DNA of 64,000 bases from an uncultured delta proteobacterium (GTDB lineage: Bacteria; Desulfobacterota; Binatia; Binatales; Binataceae): NCBI GenBank assembly GCA_963830715.1, contig CAWHNS010000011.1, forward strand, positions 65,243 through 129,242, given 5' to 3'. Shown in pieces: positions 40,786-48,858 of the stretch. The translations under genes and the position numbers were made by a program. Position 1 is the first letter of the stretch. Each line of letters begins with the position of its first letter. Under the pieces are notes generated by a model. The model made no database searches, had not been told where the DNA came from, and was given only the letters and a program-made list of their open reading frames with translations.

Positions 40786-42207
40786 TCAGGCCCGCTCCAT
40801 GCAGAGGCGGCGGGAGAGCGAAGAGGAGAAACGATAGTTCGGATCGATTCCGGCTTTGATTGCCTGCCATCGCGGGAGATCGGGATACATCGCGCGGAAC
40901 ACCTCCGGCCGCATCCGCGCGTCCTTGGCGAGGTAAACGCGCCCGCCGCGCTTGAGCACCATCTCGTCCAGCCGGTCGAGGAACGGGAAAAGTTCCGGCT
41001 CGACCCAAAAGTCGATCGCCAGGGTATAACCGGGTATCGGAAAGGAAAGGATCCCTCCTTGCGAGCCGAATTTCTTGAGCGTGGTCAGAAACGATCCGCG
41101 CCCGCTCTGCGCGATCGCCTCCAGGGTCTCAATCAGCCCCGCGCGGCTCTCCTCCGACGGCCATACGCATTGGTATTGCACGAAGCCGCGTCGGCCGTAG
41201 ATCCGCGTCCAGTCGCGGATCGAGTCGAGCGGGTAGAAGAAGTGGTCATAGTCAACCAGCGTATGCTTTTCGCGACCCGGATGAATCGCATAGTAGACCG
41301 TGTTGAAGGCGCGGACGGTGAGGGAGTTCAGCGCGAATTCGGGCAGATCGAATGGGACGGCGGCACGTATCCGGGGCCGGATCCTGAACGGCGCGGCGCG
41401 CCGCTTCGGATCGAGGGCGTTCGGTGTCGCGAAGTTTCCCAGGTTGATAATCGAACGTCCGAGCGAGCGGCCGCCGGTCGCGCAATCGATCCACGCCACT
41501 GAGTACTGGTATTCGCGGTCTGCGCGCTCGAAGGTCTCGATCGCATCGTCGATATCGTTCACGCGCATCACTTCGCCGTCGATCCAGGCGCTCTCGACCC
41601 GCCTCAGGCGAAGTTCGACTTCCAGGATCACGCCGGTCAGACCCATCCCGCCAATCGTCGCCCAGAACAAGTCGGGCTCCTGTTCGCGCGAGCATCGCCG
41701 CACCTCGCCCGAAGCGAGCATTATGTCGAGACTCAACACGTGGTTGGCAAGCGAGGAGTCGCGATGATGGTTCTTGCCGTGGACGTCGGCGGCGATCGAG
41801 CCGCCGAGCGTGACGAAGCGGGTGCCGGGCGTGACGGGCGGGAAGAAGCCGCGCGGCAGGAAGACCTCGATTACCTCGGCCAGTGTGACACCCGCCTCGC
41901 ATCGCAGAATGCCGCTGTGATCGTCGAAGGCGAGCATCCGGTTCAGCCGCTGGAGATCGACGACCCGATTGCGATCGTTGATTGCCGCGTCACCATATGC
42001 GCGTCCGGCGCCTCGCGCGATCAGGCTCTGGGAGTTGCCTGCGACCACCGCTGCCAGCTCGGCAATCTTTTCGGGGCGGTAGACTTCAGTGTCGGCGATC
42101 GGATAGCGGCCCCATCCGGTGAGTTTCATCTGGCGGGCGCCGGGCGCGGCAGCCAGGGCGGAGGAAGGCTCAGTTCGCGGGCTTTCCGATGTGAACGACG
42201 CGCTCAT
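40786..42207 (-). CDS. FAD-binding oxidoreductase, DprE1-like (polyprenyl-phospho-sugar 2'-oxidase family)
   Basis: Motifs LTGWGRYP, ARGAGRAYGDAA and GGSIAADVHGKNHH resemble my recollection of mycobacterial DprE1. ATG 42129 (MKLTGWGRYP) is an alternative start. Confidence 0.7.
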   Translation of the reverse strand: MSASFTSESPRTEPSSALAAAPGARQMKLTGWGRYPIADTEVYRPEKIAELAAVVAGNSQSLIARGAGRAYGDAAINDRNRVVDLQRLNRMLAFDDHSGILRCEAGVTLAEVIEVFLPRGFFPPVTPGTRFVTLGGSIAADVHGKNHHRDSSLANHVLSLDIMLASGEVRRCSREQEPDLFWATIGGMGLTGVILEVELRLRRVESAWIDGEVMRVNDIDDAIETFERADREYQYSVAWIDCATGGRSLGRSIINLGNFATPNALDPKRRAAPFRIRPRIRAAVPFDLPEFALNSLTVRAFNTVYYAIHPGREKHTLVDYDHFFYPLDSIRDWTRIYGRRGFVQYQCVWPSEESRAGLIETLEAIAQSGRGSFLTTLKKFGSQGGILSFPIPGYTLAIDFWVEPELFPFLDRLDEMVLKRGGRVYLAKDARMRPEVFRAMYPDLPRWQAIKAGIDPNYRFSSSLSRRLCMERA

Positions 42208-42266
42208 GCAAATAATTTTCCAATCGTAACAGGTGGCGCGCGCTCATCGAAGCGGGCCTCGGCCTG

Positions 42267-43631
42267 CTAATCGGCTGCGCCGGCGGGTGTGGCCGCTCGA
42301 ACTGCGCTTGCTTCGACCGGGCGAGCCGCCGCGAACCGGCCTCGCGACAGAATCATCGCGATTACGTAGAGGACCATCCCGACCAGCGACACCTCGATCC
42401 AGGCGGACCATCCGTGACGCACGGCGACGTAAAGAGTGAGCGGCGCCGATACGGCGATCCACACGCGCGCCACTAAGCCGAAGAAGGCCCATCCGGTAGC
42501 CTGCAGCGCCGGCGACACGTCCTCTAGCGTCTCTGAGAACTGCGCGGCCCACGGCACGTAACCGATCGCGAGGAAGCATCCCATCAGAGTGGCGATCGTG
42601 GCGACGGTGCGCGGCGGCAGGTGATGGCCGAAAGTCGGAATCCAGAGCGCCATCAGCGCCGCGCTTAGCACGCCGCCGATTATCGCGATCGGCTTGCGCG
42701 ATTCGAGGCGATCCGAAATCCATCCTACGATGATCAGGACGGCCAGATTGGTGAACCAGAAGTTCGCATTCATGCCCGCGGCCACCGCCGGGCTGTAGCC
42801 ATACGCCTCGGTGAACATCAATGGACCGAAGGCTTGGATCGCGAAGTACAGCGTCAGGTTGGCGGTGATGCCGATCACGAGGAGCCAGACTTCGGGATGC
42901 TTCAGCAGCCAGGCGAATGCTTCCCGCGAGCTGGCGGGAAGTTCCGCCGCGGTCGGCATCCGGCGCCCCTCGGCCTGCATCAAGGCGATCTCGCTGCGGA
43001 AGATCTGGAGCCGCAACGCCGGGCTCAGATCCTTCAACCAGATCAGGATCGGGACGTACATCAGGACGCCCAGCGCTCCCATGATCCAGATTTGCGATTG
43101 CCAGGTGTGGTAGATGGGCAGCGTGGCGCTGGCGATCGCGTTGGCGAGCAGATTCGCGCCGACCGGACCGATCGTGAAAAACCCGAAGGCGAGCGCGCGG
43201 CTGAGCCGCGGCGACATGTCGCGAACCAGCGCCGCGCCTGCACCCGCCATCATGCCGCCCACGATTCCCATCGCAGTCCGGATCACGACGAACGAAACGA
43301 CTCCCGTGATGAGCACGTTCGAGAACGTCAGGATCGTTACCAAGCCGAGGCAGATGTCGATCAGGATGACGCGGCCGTAACGGTCGGCAAGCGGTCCGCC
43401 AATGAACGCCGAGACCCCGGAGACTATTACGACGAACGAAATGAAGGTGCCGTAACCGACATGGCTCATGTGCAGATACGGCAGCAGCAGCGGCAACAGC
43501 GGCGCGAGCTGGAATTCGTATGACGCGAGGACGGTGGCGAGCACCGTCAGGCCGAGCATCGCCCATCGATGGGCGCCGGTGGGGTAGACTTCGAGTCTTC
43601 GCGATGCGATGAAAGTTCCCATCTGCCGCAA
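42267..43631 (-). CDS. MFS transporter
   Basis: 454 aa with about 12 TM helices and the loop 2-3 motif GGPLADRYGR. Confidence 0.8.
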   Translation of the reverse strand: MRQMGTFIASRRLEVYPTGAHRWAMLGLTVLATVLASYEFQLAPLLPLLLPYLHMSHVGYGTFISFVVIVSGVSAFIGGPLADRYGRVILIDICLGLVTILTFSNVLITGVVSFVVIRTAMGIVGGMMAGAGAALVRDMSPRLSRALAFGFFTIGPVGANLLANAIASATLPIYHTWQSQIWIMGALGVLMYVPILIWLKDLSPALRLQIFRSEIALMQAEGRRMPTAAELPASSREAFAWLLKHPEVWLLVIGITANLTLYFAIQAFGPLMFTEAYGYSPAVAAGMNANFWFTNLAVLIIVGWISDRLESRKPIAIIGGVLSAALMALWIPTFGHHLPPRTVATIATLMGCFLAIGYVPWAAQFSETLEDVSPALQATGWAFFGLVARVWIAVSAPLTLYVAVRHGWSAWIEVSLVGMVLYVIAMILSRGRFAAARPVEASAVRAATPAGAAD

Positions 43632-43712
43632 CCGAGTCGATGCGAACGCACCCTCTTTTATCTCCCCTGGTCAGGGGGAGAAGATCAGGGAAAGCAGCCA
43701 GTTTTCACGCAC

Positions 43713-43747
43713 GATGTTGAGAGCCATCGATCAGCTTTCTCAACATC
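43713..43747. promoter_or_regulatory. Perfect 10-bp inverted repeat (gatgttgaga N15 tctcaacatc), a candidate operator in a divergent promoter region
   Basis: Arms at 43713-43722 and 43738-43747, with a spacer that contains an atcgat palindrome. It lies between the MFS start (43631, minus strand) and the sulfatase start (43872, plus strand). Confidence 0.35.
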
Positions 43748-43871
43748 CTGCCAAGAGGCTATCTACGCTCAAAGCCTCGCTTTGCACAAGTGCGAATCGT
43801 GGCGGCGTTGGGCCGAAGTGATAGGATGAGCCGCCGCTGCCGCAGCATTTGAGGCGCCAGCTCGGAGCGCG

Positions 43872-45264
43872 ATGACTGAACGGCCAAATATCGTCCTCAT
43901 ACTCGCCGACGACATGGGCTACGGCGATTTCGGATGCTTCAACTATGGCGCGTCGCGCACGCCGGTGCTCGATCAGCTCGTTAACGAGGGACTTTGTCTG
44001 ACTCAGCACTATTCGGCCTCGCCGGTGTGCGCGCCCGCCCGCGCGTCGCTGCTCACCGGCCGCTATCCGCATCGCACCGGCGCGATCGATACGCTCGAGA
44101 TGCGGGGACTCGACCGAATCGCTCTGAGCGAACGCACGATCGCCGATTTCCTCAAACCCGCCGGATACGTGACCGGGCTGGTCGGGAAGTGGCACAACGG
44201 CGCGATCGATCCGCGCTATCATCCGAACCGCCGCGGATTCGACGAATTCGCCGGCTTCCGCGGCGGCTGGCAGCCCTATTGGCAATGGCGGCTCGATCGC
44301 AACGGCAGTCTCGCGGGCGCGGACGGGCGCTACCTGACCGAGGTGTTCACCGAGGAGGCTGCGCAATTCATCCGGCGCCATCGCGCGGAAAAGTTCTTTC
44401 TCTATCTCGCCTACAACGCGCCGCATTTTCCGTTCGAGGCTCTGCGAAGAAGACCTCGCGCCATTTCGCGACGCGGGAGATTTCACGCTCGCGGTGAGCG
44501 CGATCTACGCGATGATCCAGTGCATGGATCGCGGAATCGCGCGGGTGCTCGAAGAACTCGATCGGGCGGGAATCGCGGACAACACGATGGTGCTGTTCTC
44601 CAGCGACAACGGGCCGCAGTTCGGCGGTCAGGGTCAGATGTGTACCGATCGCTTCAACTGCGGATTCGCCGGGGCCAAGACGCTGGTGTACGAAGGCGGC
44701 ATCCGGCTCCCGATGATCATCCGATGGCCCGCGGGTCTCGGCGGACGGCGGCAAGTCCACGAGATGATCCACTTCACGGACTGGCTGCCGACGTTCCTCG
44801 CGCTGGCCGGCGTCGAGGCTCCTCGCGGCGTGAAGCTGGATGGGACAGACGTTATGCCGCTGCTGCGCGGCGAGCCTGGTGGGGTGCCCTCGCAGCGATT
44901 TTGGCAATGGAATCGCTACACGCCGGACGTCGAGTGCAACGCAGCGATGCGCGACGGCAAGTGGAAGCTCGTGCGGCCGGCGATTGGCGAGCTGATGTTC
45001 CCGACGCGCGACGATCTCGCGAAAGACGTGGACGCGAAATACAACCCCGACAAGTATCAGGACATCGATCGGGGACCGCTGCCGGAGAGACCGAGGCCGC
45101 CCGCTCCTGCGCCGCAACTGTTCGACCTCAAGGCCGATCCCTTCGAGCGCAATGATCTGGCCGCGGCGCATCCCGAACGGGTCGCCCGGATGACGATCGA
45201 GCTTGCGCGATGGTTCGAGGAAGTGGAGCTGGATCGGCGCCGCGCAGCGTCCTCTATTTCCTAG
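43872..45264 (+). CDS. Cys-type (formylglycine) sulfatase, split by a frameshift
   Basis: LILADDMGYGD and the active-site SPVCAPARASLLTGR (CxPxR) motif. Track ORFs 43872..45155 and 44494..45264 join as NAPHFPFEA..EEDLAPFRDAGDFTLAVSAIYAMIQCMD near 44435-44445. Confidence 0.85.
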
Positions 45265-45366
45265 CGGCGTCGCCGGAGATCGGAACCTCTCTACATCTCT
45301 CTCCCTTCAGGGAGAGGGTGCCGGAGCGGAGCGACGGCCGGTGAGGTTCCCTGGTGTCGAGTCCCG

Positions 45367-45401
45367 AAAAAAAAGCCCTCTCCCGCCGGGCGGGAGAGGG
45401 C
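45367..45401 (-). terminator. Rho-independent terminator of the 45425..45910 gene
   Basis: An 11-12-bp GC stem (gccctctcccg / cgggagagggc, 45375-45401). On the minus strand it is followed by a T8 tract (A8 at 45367-45374 on the plus strand). Confidence 0.6.
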
Positions 45402-45424
45402 CGCGGGGAGGAGAACCAGACTGG

Positions 45425-45910
45425 TTATTGCGGGGGCATGCTGCCGCCGCTCGAGCCGAAAACCCCCTGCAATAGTGTTTTCCGCTCGGCCTGCATTTGC
45501 TGCAGCCCCGTCAGAACTTTTGTGGCATTCGCCGAATTGAAGCCCTGGCTCGTGAAGAGTCCCTGCCACACGCTCAGCACCTCGGTGGCCATAGCGTTAC
45601 GTGCAGTCAGATAAGTGGAAGCCTGAGTGCTGCAATTGGCTCCCGAGACCAGGCACGTGACCAGGGCAGTTTGCGCGGTCTTCAGATTGGTCCGGTCGGT
45701 CTTCAGGTTAGCGTCGGCCTGGAATGCGGCGTGGATTTGGCTCCCGGTCAAGCCTCCGGCGCGGGCCAGTAAAGCGAGGTACCGGTTGCCTCCCCTGCCT
45801 CCTCCGCCGCCCCCGCCAAACGCCAACGCCACGGTAACGCCGCCCGCCAGCACTACTATGGCAAGTCCGGCAACTATTGAAGCGATTCGCTTTCTGGACC
45901 TCATTCTCAC
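45425..45910 (-). CDS. Hypothetical secreted/membrane-anchored protein (possible LTxxQ Spy/CpxP-like)
   Basis: 161 aa with an N-terminal TM/signal (IASIVAGLAIVVLAGGVTVALA), a Gly run and a helical remainder with GLTGSQ. The family assignment is weak. Confidence 0.45.
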   Translation of the reverse strand: MRMRSRKRIASIVAGLAIVVLAGGVTVALAFGGGGGGGRGGNRYLALLARAGGLTGSQIHAAFQADANLKTDRTNLKTAQTALVTCLVSGANCSTQASTYLTARNAMATEVLSVWQGLFTSQGFNSANATKVLTGLQQMQAERKTLLQGVFGSSGGSMPPQ

Positions 45911-46067
45911 TTACCTCTCGATCCGTCGCATGGATGCGTTGTTTTCGCCCCGCACGATCTCAGGGACTTTTGCTTCCGAATACGACGCAAGCCCGCGCCG
46001 GTTTCGCTTGATGCTTGCGAATTTCGAGGGGCGAGCGTAGCGAACGAAAGGTGGTTTCGGGAACGAT

Positions 46068-46144
46068 TGGCGCGCCCTGAGGGATTTGAACCCCCGACCC
46101 ACAGATCCGTAGTCTGTTGCTCTAATCCGCTGAGCTAAGGGCGC
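46068..46144 (-). tRNA. tRNA-Arg (anticodon ACG)
   Basis: Hand-folded 77-nt cloverleaf. Acceptor GCGCCCT/AGGGCGC, D stem GCTC/GAGC, anticodon stem ACAGA/TCTGT with loop CTACGGA, T arm GGGGG-TTCAAAT-CCCTC, discriminator G, and an encoded CCA. Confidence 0.9.
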
Positions 46145-46197
46145 GCCGCGCGGAATGATGATCTTTCATTATCGCGCGCCCGCTCGCAAGGCGGCGG

Positions 46198-46670
46198 TTA
46201 TTCCGGCAAAGCGAGCGTGTAGCCGCGATGGGTCCATCGCCAGCCCAATCGCTCGTAAAAACGATGCGCCTGCTTGCGCGTGCGATTCGACGTCAGCGAG
46301 AGTTTGTAGCAATCGCGTCGGCGCGCGATTTGGACCGCGGCGGCCATCAGGCGCTCTCCGACTCCCGCCCGCGGCTACGCGCATCGACAACGACGTTCTC
46401 CACGATTGCCACCGGCCTCAGCGCGCGCCCCAGATGACGGAAGATCAGCACATGGCAGCTCGCGACGATCTGGCCATTCGCGATCGCGACCAGCAGGGTC
46501 TGATCGCGATCGCGCGTCAGCGCACCGATCGCGCGCCGCATCTTCGCACGCCCCGGACTCACGTACTCCCCCGCGTGAAGCTGCCGGTACAGGTCCTCGA
46601 TCGCGCACTCATCGCCGGGCCGCGCCCGCCGAATCCGTACGGAGGTCGGGTTCATTTTAGGGGCAGGCAC
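46198..46670 (-). CDS. GNAT-family N-acetyltransferase, split by a 1-nt frameshift
   Basis: Track ORF 46347..46670 ends in ...VENVVVDARSRGR. Shifting one base at the C3 run 46364-46366 restores RGVGERLMAAAVQIARRRDCYKLSLTSNRTRKQAHRFYERLGW (GNAT motif A, my translation) up to TAA 46198. Confidence 0.75.
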
Positions 46671-46686
46671 TCCGCGCCGACGATGC

Positions 46687-46986
46687 TCAAGCTGCTCGTC
46701 GGGCCTTTATTCTCGCCGCGGCTGCGGGCTTGAGATTCTTGCGCGCGATCTTGAGGTCATAGTGGGTCTGCAGGTTCATCCAGAACTCGGGGCTGTTGCC
46801 GAAGTAGAGTCCCAAACGAACTGCCGTGTCCGCGGTAATCCGACGCCGATTATTGACGATTTCGGCGATCCGGTTCGGGGAAATTCCCACAGCCCTTGCG
46901 AGCTGGTTCTGCGACAGGCCGTACTCGGCCAGGAATTCCTCCTTCAGCATCTCGCCCGGCGTGACTGGGGCAAATTCCTTTCTCAT
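46687..46986 (-). CDS. higA: HigA-family antitoxin (XRE-type HTH)
   Basis: Start ATG 46986 after an AGGAGG SD. MRKEFAPVTPGEMLKEEFLAEYGLSQNQLARAVGISPNRIAEIVNNRRRITADTAVRL matches the canonical HigA pattern. Confidence 0.85.
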   Translation of the reverse strand: MRKEFAPVTPGEMLKEEFLAEYGLSQNQLARAVGISPNRIAEIVNNRRRITADTAVRLGLYFGNSPEFWMNLQTHYDLKIARKNLKPAAAARIKARRAA

Positions 46987-46996
46987 AGCAAGCCTC

Positions 46997-47275
46997 CTAG
47001 TGATAGTCAGCAATCCGCACCTCATGAGCGTCGCCGTCCTGCCATTTGAAGACGATGCGCCACTGGTTGTTGACTCGGATCGAATAGAAATCCTCCAGCG
47101 CGCCCCTCAGCTTTTCGAGCCGATTCGAGGGCGGCACCATCAGGTCATCCAGCCGGCTTGCCGCGTTGAGCGCTTCCAGTTTGCGTTTGGCACCGCGCGC
47201 AAAACCCTGGAACTCATGCACGAACTGATCGGTGAACAACGCTCGGGTGCTCCTGTCGCCGAAAGAACGGATCAC
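46997..47275 (-). CDS. higB: HigB-family toxin (RelE/ParE superfamily, plasmid maintenance killer type)
   Basis: 92 aa: MIRSFGDRSTRALF...LEALNAASRLDDLMVPPSNRLEKLRG...YSIRVNNQWRIVFKW, the canonical HigB pattern. It sits immediately upstream of higA. Confidence 0.85.
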   Translation of the reverse strand: MIRSFGDRSTRALFTDQFVHEFQGFARGAKRKLEALNAASRLDDLMVPPSNRLEKLRGALEDFYSIRVNNQWRIVFKWQDGDAHEVRIADYH

Positions 47276-47279
47276 CCTG

Positions 47280-47312
47280 ACATTGTACCGAATACCGGGA
47301 TGCGGTCAATGT
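47280..47312 (-). promoter_or_regulatory. Near-consensus sigma70-type promoter (TTGACC-N16-TACAAT) for higBA, overlapped by a 6-bp inverted repeat
   Basis: The minus strand reads aTTGACCgcatcccggtattcggTACAATgtcaggGTG. The -35 is at 47304-47309 and the -10 at 47282-47287, with the GTG start 6 nt after the -10. The ACATTG/CAATGT arms are at 47307-47312 and 47280-47285. Confidence 0.45.
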
Positions 47313-47389
47313 GCAACGGCGCGACATCCAGCAGGGCGGAAAGCGGTTCCAAACGAGAACGGGGCGCCGCCGCATTCCAGCCCGCGCCT

Positions 47390-48802
47390 TCAGTTCCAAT
47401 GGCGAATCGGGACGCCGCGGTAGCGCATTCGTGGCCGGATCAATCGATTGTCGGCGTACTGCTCGAGGCTGTGCGCGATCCATCCCGCGGTTCGGCCGAC
47501 CGCGAAGATTGCGGCGGGCAGGCCCGGCGCGAAGCCGAGCATCCTGGTGCACACGGTCAGATAGAAGTCGAGATTGGGCCGCAGCCGATTGCGCTTCCAT
47601 ACCGCGTCTTCGATCCTGAGCGCGGTCTCGAAGATGCGCCGGCCCTTCTTGCGCGCGATCACTTCCGCGTTCTTTTTGAGCAGCATCGCGCGCGGGTCGC
47701 CTTTGGGATAGATCGCATGGCCGAAGCCCGGCGGCAGCCGCTGCTCGCGCGCGCAGTCGTCGAGGCATTCGTCGATACGCGCTCCTTCGCCGAGCGCCTC
47801 GAACATCCGCTCGATTCTGTCGCACGCACCGCCGTGGATCGGGCCGGAGAGCGAGCAGAGCGCCGCGAGCACCGAGGCATAGAGATCCGCGCCGGTGCTC
47901 GCCACCACTCGCGCCGCGAAGGTCGAGGCGTTCAGCTCATGTTCGGCGCACGCCACCAGCATGTGATCGAGCGCGGCGATTTCCCATTCGGCAGGCGCGA
48001 CGCCGCGGGCCGCATTCAGGAGCCGCGCCGCCGTCCCGCGGCCTTCGCCGCCTGCCGGGCGCGATCCGTCTCCGGCCAGCGCCAGGGGCAGCACGCTGAG
48101 TATCGACGTCGCCTGGCGGCTTCGCGGGCGGGCGGCCTGACGCTCCAGCGCGGCGAGGCTCGGCATCACCGCGGCGAGTTTCCATACCGGCGACACCTCG
48201 CGGCCCACGGCGAGCAGTGCGGAGGCAACCGCCTCGGGCATCCGCGCGCCGGAAACTTCGTGCGCGAGCGCCTTCACCTCCTCCGGATGAGGCCGCTCGC
48301 CGTTCCACAGCAGCAGGCAGATTTCCTCGAAGGAGGCGCGCTCGATCACCTCCTCGATCGGATAACCGCGATAGAGCAGGCGGCCCTCGACGATCGCGCT
48401 TACCGCCGACTCGGCGACGATCACGCCCGGCGCGCCGCTCTCGACGGCTCGCGGCTGCGCGACGGTCACCCACGAGGTTGCGGGCGGAAGGCTCCGTCCG
48501 CGCCGCCCGCGCTCGGGCACCACCACGCCGCGCAAGGCCTCGATATCGTCGCGGCGGTAGAGCGCCTGGCGCCCGATCTTGCGGCGGTAACTCTTGACCC
48601 ATCCGCGGCTCACATAGGCGTAGAGCGTGCCGAGCTTGACGCCCAGCACGCCCGCCGCCTCTCCCGCGGTGAGCATCGCAGCACCGTTGGACAACTCCCT
48701 GGCCACAGGCCGATCACGCCATCGCAACCACATCGCGTCAAGCACCTCCTCGCGCGCGGCCACCTGAGCACTGTGGATTAGCCCGCCGGCGCGCCCCGGC
48801 AT
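47390..48802 (-). CDS. Citrate-synthase-family protein with an N-terminal excisionase/MerR-type HTH domain
   Basis: HTH segment MLTAGEAAGVLGVKLGTLYAYVSRGWV. CS-fold motifs SGPIHGGA, PGFGHAIYPKGDPRA, RPNLDFYL and GRTAGWIAHSLEQ. ATG 48676 is an alternative start. Confidence 0.8.
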   Translation of the reverse strand: MPGRAGGLIHSAQVAAREEVLDAMWLRWRDRPVARELSNGAAMLTAGEAAGVLGVKLGTLYAYVSRGWVKSYRRKIGRQALYRRDDIEALRGVVVPERGRRGRSLPPATSWVTVAQPRAVESGAPGVIVAESAVSAIVEGRLLYRGYPIEEVIERASFEEICLLLWNGERPHPEEVKALAHEVSGARMPEAVASALLAVGREVSPVWKLAAVMPSLAALERQAARPRSRQATSILSVLPLALAGDGSRPAGGEGRGTAARLLNAARGVAPAEWEIAALDHMLVACAEHELNASTFAARVVASTGADLYASVLAALCSLSGPIHGGACDRIERMFEALGEGARIDECLDDCAREQRLPPGFGHAIYPKGDPRAMLLKKNAEVIARKKGRRIFETALRIEDAVWKRNRLRPNLDFYLTVCTRMLGFAPGLPAAIFAVGRTAGWIAHSLEQYADNRLIRPRMRYRGVPIRHWN

Positions 48803-48858
48803 GCGGCTTGAATCAAGTCATATCAAGATGTATACAGTGCGTCGAGGAGGACCAAAAC

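Noticed and set aside
45911-47389. A genomic island or prophage integrated at tRNA-Arg.
   Set aside because: There is no integrase, no direct repeat of the tRNA 3' end seen by eye, and the GNAT/higBA genes lie on the 5' side of the tRNA with genome-typical GC.
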